Assembly (NCBI RefSeq): GCF_009914755.1
Contig: NC_060947.1
DNA from: the human T2T-CHM13v2.0 reference genome, Homo sapiens
Strand: one strand, 5' to 3'
Length of the DNA: 64,000 nucleotides
The notes below the pieces were generated by a model. That model was not told the DNA's origin. It ran no database searches and was given only the letters and a program-made list of their open reading frames with translations. Positions 31,440 through 47,158 of this stretch are shown here, in pieces (within the stretch, counting starts at the first letter, position 1; each line of letters starts with the position of its first letter). Position numbers and translations under genes: made by a program.

Positions 31440-32095
31440 ACTACCATCAAAGCAAGCAATGCTTGCTAGAGCTTCTAGCCTAGCAGTCCCACTTTAATGT
31501 GATAGCTGGAGGGGGCAGCTTCCTGTTGTCCCAGAAACACCCAGATGGCAGAGCATGCAACCCTACCCACCCCTGCCACTGACAGCCAGGTGGACAAAAC
31601 TTGCTAGAGCTTCTGGCCCAGCAGTCCCACTACTGCATGAACTCAGCTGAAGGGCGCAGTTCCTGTTGCCCCAGGAAAATGGCAGAGCACATGACCCTAC
31701 CTGCCCTCACCACTGATAGCCAGGTGGGCAACACCAACTAGAGCTTCCCTCCCAGAAGTCCTGCTTCTTTGTGAACTCAGATGGAGGGCACAGCTTCCTG
31801 TTGTCTCAGGAAACAACCAGATGGCAGAGCGTACAACCCTACCTGTCCCCACCACCAGTAGCCAGGCAAGCCACACCTGCTAGAACTTCTGACCCAGAAG
31901 TCCTGTTTCTGCCTGAATTTGCTGAGGGGCACAGCTTCTTATTGTCCTGGGAAACACCTGGATGGCAGAGTGAGTAACTCCACTCACCCCCACTTCTCAT
32001 AGCCAGATGGGCCATGCCCACTAGAGCTTCCAACCAAGAGGTCCTACTTCCACTCGAATTCTGCAGGCACACACAACCCTGTGTTTCTCCAGGAA
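31440..32095 (+). repeat. About five diverged ~139-bp tandem units in the L1 5'UTR
   Basis: ctaga(g/a)cttc recurs at 31466, 31604, 31738, 31880, 32021. Confidence 0.85.
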
Positions 32096-32288
32096 GCACA
32101 CAGGCAGCAGACTGGGGCCAACCTGGCAAGAGTATGGCTTTTCTGCCAATTGCTGCCCCTGCCTGAGGGAGACTTATGGACCAGAACACCCAACAAAAGA
32201 AATGCAGGCAAGAAGACAATAAGCTGTGGGGGCACTTCCAAGATGCAAGAGCAAACTAGAATTGAAGCCAGTCAACTGAACCACCTTA

Positions 32289-32668
<380 letters not shown>

Positions 32669-34473
32669 ATTGAAGGAACATCTGCCCACAAAAATGAGAA
32701 AGAACCAGGGCAAGAACTCAGGCAACTCAAAAAGCCAGAGTATCTTCTTCTTGCCTCCAAACAACCAAACCAGTTCCCCAGCAATAGTTCTTAACTAGTC
32801 TGAAATGGCTGAAATGTCAGAAATAGAATTCAGAATATGGATAGAAACAAAGATCATCAACATACAGGAGACAGTCAAAACCCAGTCTGAGAAATCTGGG
32901 GATTACAATAAAACAATACAGGAGGTAATAGACCAATGGCCTCTATAAGAAAGAAACAAACTGATCTGATAGAGCTGAAAAGAACACTAGAAGAATTGTA
33001 TAATGCAATTATACAATTGCTGAGGAAAGAATCTCAGAACTTGAAGACCGGCTCTCTGTAATAACTCAGTCAGATAAAAATAAAGAACAAACAATAAAGA
33101 AGAATGAACAAAACCTCAAAGAAATATGGGATTCTGTAAAGAGACCAAATCTATGACTCAATAGTGTCCCCAAAAGAGAGGGAGAGAAACCAAGCAACTT
33201 GGAAAACATATTTTAGGATATCACCCATGAAAATTTTGCCAACCTCACTAGAGAGGCTCACATTCAAATTTGGGAAATGCAGAGAAATCCTGTAAAATTC
33301 TACACAAGAAGACCATCCCCAAGACAGAGTCATCAAATTTTCCAAGGTTGAAATGAAAGAAAAAAATGTTAAATGCAGCTAGAGATAAGGGGCAGTTCAC
33401 CTACAAAGGGAACCCCATCAGGCTAACAGCAGACCTGTCATTAAAAACCCTACAAACCAGAAGAGATTGGGAGTCTATATTCAGCATTCATAAAGAAAAG
33501 AAATTCCAACCAACAATTTCATATTCAGTTAAATTAAGCTTCATAAGCGAAGGAGAAATAAGATCCTTTACAGACAAGCAAATGCTAAGGGAATTCATTA
33601 CCACCAGACCTGCTTTATAACACGTCCTGAAGGGAGTGTTAAATATGGAAAGACCATTACCAGCCACTACAAAAACACCCTTTAGTACATAGACCAGCGA
33701 CACCACAAAGCAGCCAGACAAACAAGTCTGCATAATAACCAGCTAACAACACAATGACAAGATCAAATCCACACACATATCAATACTAACCTTGAATGTA
33801 AATGGGCTAAATGCCCCAATTAAAAGGCACAGAGTCACAAATCGGATAAAGAAGTAAAACCCAATGGTATGCTGTCTTCAAGAGACCCATCTCGCGTGCA
33901 ATGACACACATAGGCTCAAAGAAAAAAAAAATGGAGAAAAGTTTACCAAACAAATGGAAAACATGAAAGGCAGGGATTGTTACTCTAATTTCAGACAAAA
34001 CAGACTTTAAACCAACAAAGATAAAAAAAGACAAAGAAAGGCATTATATAATGGCAAATGGCTCAATTCAACAAGATGACCTAACTATCCTAAATATATA
34101 TGCACCCAACACAGGAGTACCCAGATTCATAAAGCAAGTTCATAGAGACCCATGAAGAGACTTAGATAACCACACAGTAATAGTGGTAAATTTTACATAC
34201 CACTGATAGTATTAGACATATCGCCAAGGCAGAAAACTACCAAAGATATCTGGGACCTGAACGAACACTTGACTAAATGGACCTAACATACATCTATAGA
34301 ACTCTCCACCCCAAAACAGCAAAATATACTTTCTTCTCATCTGCATGTGGCATGTACTCTAAAATCGATCACACAATTAGGCATAAAACAATCCTCAGCA
34401 AATTTTTCAAAAACCAAAATTATGCCAACCATGCTCTCAGACCACAGTGCAATAAAAATAGAAACCAATGCTG

Positions 34474-34776
34474 GCCGGGCATGGTGGATCACACCTGTAA
34501 TCCCAGCACTCTAGGAGGCCCAGTCAGATGGATCACTTGAGGCCAGGAGTTTGAGACCAGCCTGGCCAACGTAGTGAAACCCTATCTCTACTAAAAACAC
34601 AAAAAATTAGGTGGGCATGGTGGCACATGCCTGTAATGCCAGCTACTCAGGAGGCTGAGGCAAGAGAATCACTTGAACCTGAGAGGCGGAGGTTGCAGTG
34701 AGCTGACATCATGCCACTGCACTTCAGCCTGAGTGACAGAGCTAGACTCTATCTCCAAGAAATAATAATAAGAAAA
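34474..34776 (+). mobile_element. Alu (AluS-like)
   Basis: TSD agaaaccaatg. Confidence 0.93.
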
Positions 34777-35563
34777 AGAAACCAATGTTAAGATAATCAT
34801 TCAAAACCATACAATTACATGGCAAGTAAACAACCTGATCCTGAATGACTTTTGGGTAAATAGTGAAATTAAGGCAGAAATCAAGAAATTATTTGAAACC
34901 AGTGAGAACAAAGCTACATTATACCAGAATCTCTGGGGATGCTGCTAAAGCAGTGCTACGAGGTAAGTTCAAGGCAATGAATGACCATGTCAAAAAGTTA
35001 AAAAGATCTCAAATTAACAACCTAACATCACAATTAGAGGAACAAGAGAAACAAGAGCAAATCAACCTTAAGGCTAGCAGAAAACAAGACATAACAAAAA
35101 TGAGAGCTGAACTGAAGTAAATTGAGACAGAAAAAAACATACAAAAAAATGGACCCAGGAGCTGGTTCTTTGAAAGAACAAATAAGATAGATAGACCACT
35201 AGCTAAAGTAATAAAGAAAAAAAGATATATAGAAGATCCAAAAAACACAATCAGTAATGATGAAGGAGATATTACCAGTGACCTCACAGAAGAAACTATT
35301 ATGAACATCTATATGCACACCATCTAGAAAACCCATAAGAAATTGATAAATTCCTAGAAACATACAACCTCTTCAGATTGAACCAGGAAGAGATTGAATT
35401 CTTGAACAGAGCAATAATGAGTGCTGAAATTGATTTAGTAATGAAAAGCCTACCAACCAGAAAAAGCCCAGGACCAGATAGATTCACAGCTGAATTCTAC
35501 CAGACGTATAAGGAAGAACTGATACAATTCCTACTGAAACTATTCCAAAAAATGGACACAGAG

Positions 35564-35980
35564 TGTATTAGGCCATTCTCCCATTGCTATAAAGAAGTAT
35601 TGGGGACCGAGTAATTTATAAAGAAAAATGTTTAGTTGGCTCATGGTTCTGCAAGATGTACAGGAAACATAGTGGCATCTGCTTCTGAGGAGGCCTCAGG
35701 AAGCTTCCAATCATGGCAGAAGGGGAACAGGGAGCAGGCATGTCACATGGTGAAAGCAGGAGGAAGAGAGAGAGGGAAGAGGTGGCACACACTTTTAAAT
35801 GACCAGATCTCATGAGAACTCACTCACTACAATGAGGACAACACCAAGAGGATAGTGCTAAACTATTCATGAGAAATTCACCCTAATGATCCAGTTACCT
35901 CTCACCAGGCCCCATCTCCAACACTGGGGATTACCTTTCAACATGATATTTGGGCAGGGATACACCTCTAAGATATATCA
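35564..35980 (-). mobile_element. MST-type MaLR solo LTR inside L1 ORF2
   Basis: tgtattaggccattctcccattgctataaagaa...tatatca; TG..CA termini. Confidence 0.9.
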
Positions 35981-36030
35981 CCTAGGGACTCCCTAACTCA
36001 TTATGTGAGGCCAGCATCATCCTGATATGA

Positions 36031-36123
<93 letters not shown>

Positions 36124-36162
36124 TGAATCCAGTAGCACATTAAAAAGCTAATCTACCACAAG

Positions 36163-36470
<308 letters not shown>

Positions 36471-37274
36471 AAAACACATGATCACCTCAATAGATGCAGA
36501 AAAGACTTTCAATAAAATTCAACATTACTTCATGTTAAAAACCCTCAACAAACTAGGCATTGAAGGAGCATACCTCAAAAAAAGAGCCATCTATGAAAAA
36601 CCCACAGCCAACTCATACTGAATGGGCACAGGCTGGAAGCATTCCCCTAGAAAACCAGCATAAGACAAGGATGCCCTCTCTCACCACTCCTATTCAACAT
36701 AGTTCTGGAAGTTCTCATCAGAGCAATCGGGCAACAGAAAGAAATAAAATGCATCCAAATAGGAAGAGAGGAAGTCAAACTATTCCTGTTTGCAGACAAT
36801 GTAATTCTATACCTACAAAACACCACAGTCTCTTCCCAAAAGCTCCTTGATCTGATAAACAACTTCAACAAAGTTTCATGATACAAAATCAATGTACAAA
36901 AATCAGTAGCATTCCTACACCCTAACAATATTCAATCTGAGAGCCAAATCAAGAATGCAATCCCACTCAGAATAGTCACAAAAAAGAATAAAATACCTAG
37001 GAATACAGCTAACCAGGGAGGTGAAACATCTCTACAATGAGAACTCCAAAAGACTGCTCAAAGAAATCAGAGATGACACAAACAAATGGAAAAACTTTCC
37101 ATGCTCATGGATAGGAAGAATCAATATTATTAAAATGGCCATACTGCACAAAGCAATTTATACCTTCAATGCTATTCCTATCAAACTACCAATGAAATTC
37201 TTCACAGAATTAGCTATTTTAAAATTCATATGGAACAAAAAAGAACCCAAATAGCCAAGGCAATCCTAAGCTAA

Positions 37275-37370
<96 letters not shown>

Positions 37371-38083
37371 TAGACCAGTGGAACAGAATAGAGAGCCTAG
37401 GAGTAATGTTGCACACCCACAACCATCTGATCTTCAAGAAAGCTGACAAAAACAAGCAATGGGGAAAAGGCTCCTTACTCAATAAATGGTGGTGGGATAA
37501 CTGGCTAGCCATATGCAGAAGATTGAAACTGGACCCCTTCCTTACACGATATACAAAAATCAACTCAAGATGGATTAAATACTTAAATATAAAACCTAAA
37601 ATCATAAAAACCCTGGAAGATAACATATGAAATACCATTCTGGACATAGGACCTGGCAAAAATTTCATGAAGAAGATGCCAAACGCAAGTGCAACAAAAA
37701 CAAAGATTGATAAAAGGGTCCTAATTAAACTAAAGAGCTTCTGCATAGCAAGAAAAGGTAAGTTGTTTCCTTAGAAGAAACTATCAACAGAGTAAACAGA
37801 TAACCTACAGGATAAGAGAAAATATTTGCAAACTATACATCTAAAAAAGGTCTAATGTCCAGAATCTATAAGGAACATAAACAAATTTAGAAGCAAAAAA
37901 CAACCCCATTAAAAAGTGGGCAAAGGACAAGAACAGACACTTTTCAAAAGAAGACCTATATGTGGCCAGCAAGCATATGGAAAAAAAGGCTGAACATCAC
38001 TAATCATTAGAGAAATGCAAATCAAAACCACAAGGATATACCATCTCACATCTGTCAGAATGCCTATTATTAAAAAGTCAAAA

Positions 38084-38421
<338 letters not shown>

Positions 38422-39629
38422 TTATACACTGCTGGTGGGAATGTAAATTCATTCGGCCATCAGGGAAAGCAGTTTAGAAATTTCTCAAATAACTTAAAAT
38501 GGAATTAACCATTCAACCCAGCAATCCTACAATTGGGTATACACTCAAAGGAATATAAATTGTTCTATCAGAATGATACAGGTATGTGTATGTTCATTGC
38601 ACTATTCACAATAGCAAAGACATGGAGCCAACTTAAATGCCATTGTTGGTAGACAGGATTTTAAAAATGTAGTATGTATACACAATGGAATATGATGCAG
38701 CCACAAAAAAAAGAATGAGATCATGTCCTTTGCTGCAACATGGATGGAGCTTGAGGCTAATATCCTAAGCAAACTAACACAAGAACAGAAAACCAAATAC
38801 CACATGTTCTCACTTGTAAGTGGGAGCTAAACTTTGAGTACATATGGACATAAAGAAGGAAACAATAGCCACTGGGGCCTATTTGAGAGTGGAGGGTGAG
38901 AGGACGGTGAGAATCGAAACACTACCTATTGGGTACTATGCTTATTACCTGGGTAATAAAATAATCTGTACAACAAATCCCCATGACATGCAATTTACCT
39001 ATACAATAAACCTGTATGTGCACCCCAGAACCTAAAATAAAATTAAAAAATAATATATAAATAGAGTTGAACTTAAAAAAACTGAACTTGATAGACTTAG
39101 ACTGAGTACCATAATCATGGAATTTATTCAATTTACTGTTTGGGTGGTCTCTATAAGGGCATATCAACATGAGGTGGAATGAAACCAAGGCATAAGAATC
39201 ACTTCTGTCTGATGTGGTCAGTTGTCCCATATATAATTGTTAGACTTTGTTTGAACTTTCTGTCTCAAGTTCCCAGAGAGTTATGAGGGAGGCCAAAAAG
39301 TACCATATTTAAATTAAGAATCTAGGAAGAAGCTCTTGATGTGATGCTCAGGATACTGACACTGCAACTTCTGGTTGTTTGTCTTGTTTTGTTTTCATTT
39401 CTCCTAGTACTTTGAATTATTCCATTTTTAATATATCAATATTTCATCCATCAGATTTTATTTTGATGCAAATTATTAGGTAGAAATTCAATTTTTATTT
39501 TTCTTTCTTCATAGAAATTTCTTATTAACTTAAAATGACATATTCAAAATACACCAAATTCCTGTATGTGCTTGTGTCTATTTTAAAATTTTTTATTGCA
39601 TTTAATTGATCCCTCTATTCATGCACTAG

Positions 39630-39978
<349 letters not shown>

Positions 39979-40594
39979 CAGAATTTTAATGTCTATAACA
40001 GTTAGTTACCTCTCATTGCTATTATTTCTAAAGGTTGTCTGGATGCCTTTTTAATTTTTACATTTTTTCACATGACATGTAGAATCAATGTATCTTATCC
40101 CAAATAAAATCCCATTGGTATCTGGGGAGAAGAATTCTAGAAAATAAAGATAAGCAAAAAGAAGAAAACAAAAAACACTGTATCTTCACTTCTTATCATC
40201 TTCAACATCCTGGCATATATCTTTGCAGACTTTTTTCTACTTATCTAATAACATTTTCATGTGTGTGTGTGTGTACAGCAGGGAGGCTAGACAAGTACTT
40301 TTGCTAAGCTTTTGAGCTTTGTCTCTTGTGGTAGCTAGAGTTAATTGCCCCAATACACATGCTTTCCTGATTTTCCTTGACCCTACACCACTAGAGATCA
40401 GATACACCTTCCCTGTAGCAGCAACTAGATATAGGGACCCAAACTCGTGAGAGACCTAGGCTCTCCATCTGTCCATAAGAAAGCTGAGACATCCCTGAGG
40501 TTCTGGTTCTATGAACTCCCACTTTCTGGTTCCTGTGTGTAGAATGCAGATACCTTTTCTCTGACTGCCTTACATCTATTCTCCCCTTGCTCCT

Positions 40595-40752
40595 TGAAGG
40601 GTGGTGCCTGGGCCAACAGCATCAACATCACCTGGGAACTTTTAGAAATGCACATTCTTGGGCCTTACACCAGACCTACTAAATCAGAATCTAAAGTTTA
40701 ATACGCTTCTCACGTGACTCCTCCATACATTAATTTTTGAGAAACACTGGAC
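40595..40752. mobile_element. MER5-type hAT fossil
   Basis: cagcatcaacatcacctgggaacttttagaaatgcacattcttgggcc...ttgagaaacactg. Confidence 0.8.
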
Positions 40753-41554
40753 TAGGTGATCTCTAAGGGCCTTTTGTATTCAAAAATGAAATTTTCTCTA
40801 AATGTTCTTGAACTCTAGAAATTTCAATAACTTTTCCATTAAAAGTTTTACTTTGCTTCAGGCCATTCCATTTTATGCAATACATTGAGATTTGTAGGTG
40901 AATAGGCCCTATGCCTTCCATGCAATTCCAGTGCACTCTGCTCAAACTTCAAACATTTTTATACCCAAACTCAGCAGCCAGAGGATGAGGCCAGGGAAAA
41001 TACTGAGTATCTCTGGTCCTAAGTGATAGGGGAATCCACTTTGAGTAGACAATGTCAAACAATTTCTTCTCAGAAGAATGTGGGCCATGCAATCAGGGAA
41101 CAAGTTCCCACCAGCAGGCACAAACGGACAGCTTCTGTAGGATATTTCTACTTGTGGGTTCCATACATCATCCTAAGTCAGTGATGAGAAACTTCTATCA
41201 AGGATCACTCACCCACTGACATAAATTATAGTTAGTAAATGAAGGGGCTCTTGAGTATAATGCTTTTTTTCATTGCAATAAGCTACATTACTTATTTATT
41301 TTTAAAAACCATGAACATTAAATGTAATACTTTATTCCATGAAGATAATAGGTAATTACAAGGTGTACTTCAGTTCTTTGTTATGACCAATTAAGAAATA
41401 GGGACAGAAGTAAGGAAGAGAGAAGGGGAAGAAGAAAGACAAAGAGCCCACGCAAAAAAGACAGAAACAGGCATACATATATATACAAGGACAAAGAATC
41501 TGACTCTGATGGTATTGATGTTGCCATAATGTTCTCATGTAGGATATGACTGGT

Positions 41555-41712
41555 AAGCCATTCAGTCACAAATTTATCAAACATTTATACCATACTTTTT
41601 CTGTGTCAGATGCTGAAGATATTAAAGTGAGCAAAAAAAGGGCTCTTGCACTTAAGGAGTTTACATATCTAGCAGGGGAGCAAGACATTAATCAAGTAAT
41701 CACACAAATAAC
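41555..41712 (-). mobile_element. L2 3' fragment
   Basis: cattcagtcacaaatttatcaaacattta...tgtgtcagatgctgaagatattaaagtgagcaa. Confidence 0.6.
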
Positions 41713-41717
41713 CATTT

Positions 41718-42638
41718 ATATTAGTTTCCTATTGCTGCTGTAACAAATCACCACTAACATAGTGGCTTAAAACAATGCCCATTTACTGTCTTACCATTCT
41801 GTAGGGTAGAGTTATGACATGGACAGAGCTAAAGTCAACATGTCAGCAGAACTGTGTTCCTTTTTGGAGGCTCTAGATGAGGATTTTTTTCCTTGCCCTT
41901 TCCAGCTTCTAGAGGCCACTCACATTCCTTGCCCATGGTCCTCTTCCTCTTCAAAACCAACAATGTTGAAACTCTCTGAGCCTTTCTTTCCTAATCACAT
42001 CTTCCTGTTACTCTCCTACCTCCCTGATATGGTGTGAATTTGAGTCCCTGCCCAAATCTCATGTCCAATTGTAATCCCCCATGTTGGAGGAGGGGCCTGG
42101 TGGAGGGGATTAGATGGTCGGGGTGAATTTTCCCCTTGCTGTTCTCATGATAGTGAGTTCTCAGGATATCTCGTTGTTTAAAAGTGTGTAGCACCGTCCC
42201 CACCCATTAACTCTCTTCCTCCTCCTACTCCTGTCCATGTTAACATGTTGCCTGCTTCCCTTTTGCCTTCCACTATGATTGAAAGTTTCCTGAGGTCTCC
42301 CCAGCCATGCTTCCTGTACAGCATGCTGATCTGTGAGCCAATTAAACCTCTTTTCTTTATAAATTTTCTTTATGAATTATACTATATTATAAAGAAAAAC
42401 CCAGTTTCAGGTTTTTCTTTACAGCAGTGGGAGAACGGACTAATACACTCCCTTTTCCACTTTTAAGGATCCTTGTGATCACATTGGACCCATCTAGATA
42501 ATCCAGGAGAATCTCTCCCATTGCAAGTTCAGTTAATTAGCAACCTTAATTATCATTTGCCATATAAGGTAACATATTCACAGGTGCTGGGTATTAGGAC
42601 TTAGACATCTTTGGGAGACTATTATTCTGCCTACCACA
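41718..42638 (-). mobile_element. MLT1-type MaLR LTR split by an MST LTR
   Basis: tatattagtttcctattgctgctgtaacaaatcacc...attattctgcctaccaca. Confidence 0.85.
42025..42447 (+). mobile_element. MST-type MaLR solo LTR
   Basis: tgatatggt...gactaataca with perfect 5-bp TSD ctccc. Confidence 0.93.
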
Positions 42639-45600
42639 CCATTTAAATGCATTACAGAAACCATTGGCTTAAATGGGACTATAATCTTTGTGCACAAGTG
42701 TAGAGCATGGGATTTTCTGGAACTATCCTATTCTGAGTTATGTTCTTTGCTGCCTACTTGTGTTTGTATTTGCTGTTTCCTCTGCCTGAGATGCCCTCCT
42801 CCTTAACCTCTACATGTCCATATTCTAGTTATATTTTAAGGCCTTGCTCAAATGTTGCCTAAATTTTATGAGGTGGAACAATGAACAATAAACTTAGTTC
42901 AGAATACTTCAACCTTTAGGGTTCTCAATTGGTGACTAATTGAATTTGTGTGGAAGCCACTGCATTAAAAATGAGTTTTACTATATTAAAACATATTTTA
43001 AAGTATTCAGACTGGGGTTTTCAGACACTTCTGTTTGGATCACAGAACAAAATGGAAGAAAAAAGCAGAACCCTCTAGCACTACTGAAGAGAGACAGAAG
43101 GAAGTACCTTGAAAACATCAAGAAGGGAATGTAATAGTCTGTTCTCACACTGCTATAAAGGCCATAAATAAATATCTGAGTCTGGGTAATTTAAAAAGAA
43201 AAGAGTTTTAATTGGCTTACAGTTCTGCAAGCTCAGGATGCTTCCAATCATGGCAGAAGGCAAAGAGGGAGCAGGTGTCTCACATGGCAGGAGCAGGAGC
43301 AGGAGCAAGAGAAGGTGGGGAGGTGCTACACACTTTTAAATGACTAGATCTCATGAGAACTCACTATCATGAGAACAGCACAAAGGGGATGGTGCTAAAC
43401 TATTCATGAGAAATCCACAGGGGGCAAGGCCAAGATGGCCAACTAGAAACAGAGGCGATCAGAGGCGCTCATCGAAAAGAACCATAATTAGCGTGTGAAT
43501 CCTTCACAGGTAACCAAGGTATCCAGGTTCTCTCATCGGAACTGACTAGGCAGCTGATGTGATTCATGGAGAGAAAGGAAGAGCAGTGTGGTGCAGCGGT
43601 CCACCTGAGAGCCACACGGGGCAGGGGAGCCCCCACCCCCCAGCCAAGGGAGGTGTTGAGTGCGCTACCCAGGCGGGGAAACCGTGGTTTTTCCATGGAA
43701 CTGTGGAACCCATGGATCAGAAGATCCCATTCGTGAACCCACGCCACTGGGGCCCAGAGTCCCAACCCCTGAGTCACGCAGATTCTCAACAGCCTCTCAG
43801 CTGGAATCTGCTTAAGCCTGCAGAGCTCCCAGGGGGAGGGGCGACAAGCACCACAGCTGCGACTGCCTGCTATGTAAGCCATTTGAGCTCCTTGTGGGAG
43901 GGGCAGCAGCCAGCACTGCGACTCATAACTGCCTAACACGCTAAGCTCCCTGGGTGGGGGAAGGGAGGCTTCCATCTCTATAGCTCCAGGCCACGCTTTT
44001 CCCCTGCTGGAGCCAGGGAGACTGGATGGCTTGGTCCCAAGAGGTTTCCCCCATAGCCCAACACACTGGCAGTGGCAGACTGCGGCCAGAGCGCCTCTTC
44101 AGTCCTGACCCTGAGCCATCCTTCCTCACTAGGTGGGACTTCCCTGCAGGAACTCCAACAACTCCAGCCAGAGGCTCAAGGACAGAACCTGGATCTCCCT
44201 GGGCCTGAGCCCCTAGTGGGAGGGGTGGCCATAGTCTCTGTAGACCAGCAGACTTAGCCTTTCCTCCTGGTAGTTCTGAGGAATCCAGCCAGCCCAGATG
44301 AGTGGGTTTACCCTCATCAAAGCATGCCCCCTCCACCGAGGAACAGTCAAAGTGCTTCGTTAAATTGGTCCTGTTCCCTGAGCCACCCAACTGGGTTAGA
44401 CCCTCCAACAGGGGTTGTCAGATACTCTATACAGGAGCGATCCTACTGGCATCAGGTTGGTTCCCCTGAAGGTTAGAGGTCCCAGAAGAAGAAAGAGGCA
44501 CCCATCTTTACTGTTCTCCAGCCTCCTTGAGAGACATCTCCAGGCATGGGAGCAAACCAGATGAATAGGACGTGAACCCACAGCAAGCCATAGCAGCCCT
44601 ACAAAAGAGGTATCTGACCATCAAAAGAAAAACAAACAGAAAGCAACAACAACAGCATCATCAACAACAAAAAAATTCTCCACAAAAACCCCATCCAAGG
44701 GTCAACAGCCTCAGAGATCGAAACTAGACAAACTCATGAAGATGAGAAAGAATCAACAAAAACATGCTGTAAACCCAAAAGGCCAGAGTGCCTCTTCTCC
44801 TCCAAATGATTGCGCCTCTCCAGGAAGGGTGCAGAACTGGATGGAGGAAGAGATGGATGAATTGACAGAAGTAGGCTTCAGAAGATGGGTAACAAAAACT
44901 CCGCTGAGCTAAGGGAGCATGTTCTAACCCAATGCAAAGAAGCTAAGAACCTTATTAAAAGGTTAGAGGAGCTGCTAAGTAGAATAACCAGTTTAGAGAG
45001 GAACATAAGTGAGCTGATGGAGCTGAAAAACACTGTACAAGAACTTTGTGAAGCATACACAAATATCAATAGCTAAATCGACCAAGTGGAAGAAAGGATA
45101 TCAGAGTTTGAAGACAACTTTGCTGAAATAAGGCATGCAGACAAGATTAGAGAAAAAAAGAATAAAAAGGAATGAACAAAGCCTCCAAGAAATATGGGAC
45201 TTCATAAAAAGACTGAACATAAAATTGATTGGAGTACCTGAAGGAGACAAGGAGAATGGAAACAAGCTGGAAAACACACTTCAAGATATTATCTAGGAGA
45301 ACTTCCCCAACCTAGCAAGACAAGCCAACATTCAAATTCAGGAAATACAGAGAACACTACTAAGATATTCCATGAGAAGATCAACCCCAAGACACATAAT
45401 CATTAGATTCTCCAAGGTAGAAATGAAGGAAAAAGTGTTAAGGGCAGCCAGAGAGAAAGGTCAGGTAACCTACAAAGGGAAGCCCATTAGACTAACAGCA
45501 AACCTCTCAGCATAAACTCTACAAGCCAGAAGAGAGTTGGGGCCAATATTCAACATTCTTAAAGAAAAGAATTTTCAAACCAGAATTTCATATCCAGCCA

Positions 45601-45730
45601 AACTAAGCTTCATAAGCAAAGGAGAAATAAATTCCTTTACAGACAAGCAAATGCTGAGGAATTTCATTACCACCACACCTGCCTTGTAAGAGCTTCTGAA
45701 AGAAGCACTAAATATGGAAATGAAAAAACT

Positions 45731-46144
<414 letters not shown>

Positions 46145-47020
46145 TCAAATTCTCATATAACAATACTAACCTTAAATGTAAATGGGCCAAATGCCCCAAT
46201 TAAAAGACACAGACTGGCAAATTGGACAGAGTCAAGACCCATTGGTGTGCTGTATTCAGGAGACCCATCTCACGTGCAAAGACACACATAGGCTCAAAAT
46301 AAAGGGATGGAGAAAAATTTACCAAGCAAATGGAAAGCAAAAAACAACAAGGATTGCCATCCTAGTCTCTGACAAAACAAACTTTAAACCAATAAAAATC
46401 AAAAAAGACGAGGGCTTACATACTGGTAAAGGGAATAATTCAACAAGAAGAGCTAACTATTCTAAATATATATGCACCCAATACAGGAGCACCCAGATTC
46501 ATAAAACAAGTTCTTAGAGATCTACAGAGACTTAGACTCCCATACAATAATAGTAGGAGACTTTAACACCCCACTGTCGATATTAGACATGTTGACAAGG
46601 CACAAAATTAACAAGGATATTCAGGACTTGAACTCAGCTCTGGATCAAGTGGACCTAATAGACAGCTACAGAATTCTCCACCCCAAATCAACAGAATATG
46701 CATTTTTCTCACCACCACGTGGCACTTATTCTAAAATCAACAACATAATTGGAAGTAAAACACTCCTCAGCAAATGCAAAAGAACAGAAATCATAACAAA
46801 CAGTCTCTCACACCACAGTACAATTAAATTAGAACTCAGGATTAAGAAACTCACTCAAAACCACACAATTACATGGAAATTGAACAGCCTGCTCCTGAAT
46901 GACTCCTGGGTAAATAATGAAATTAAGGCAGAAATCAAAAAGTTCTTTGAAACAAATGAGAACCAAAAGACAATGTACCAGAACCTCTCGGACATACCTA
47001 AAGCAGAGTTAAGAGGGAAA

Positions 47021-47158
47021 TTTATAGGACTAAATATCAGAAAGCTATATATTTTTTATATATTTATAGGACTAAATATCAGAAAGCTATATATTTTTTA
47101 TATATTTATAGGACTAAATATCAGAAAGCTATATATCAGAAAGCATATATCAGAAAGC
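47021..47158 (+). repeat. 42-bp x ~2.7 plus 14-bp x 2 tandem repeat inside L1 ORF2
   Basis: tttataggactaaatatcagaaagctatatattttttatata at 47021 and 47063, partial at 47105; atatatcagaaagc at 47131 and 47145. Confidence 0.95.

Noticed and set aside
31440-32095. CRISPR-like periodic array
   Set aside because: Whole units are homologous with no unique spacers; it lies in an L1 5'UTR in mammalian DNA with no cas genes.
43469-44408. 168-aa and 155-aa minus-strand ORFs
   Set aside because: GC-rich L1PA8 5'UTR gives long chance frames; no splice or homology support.
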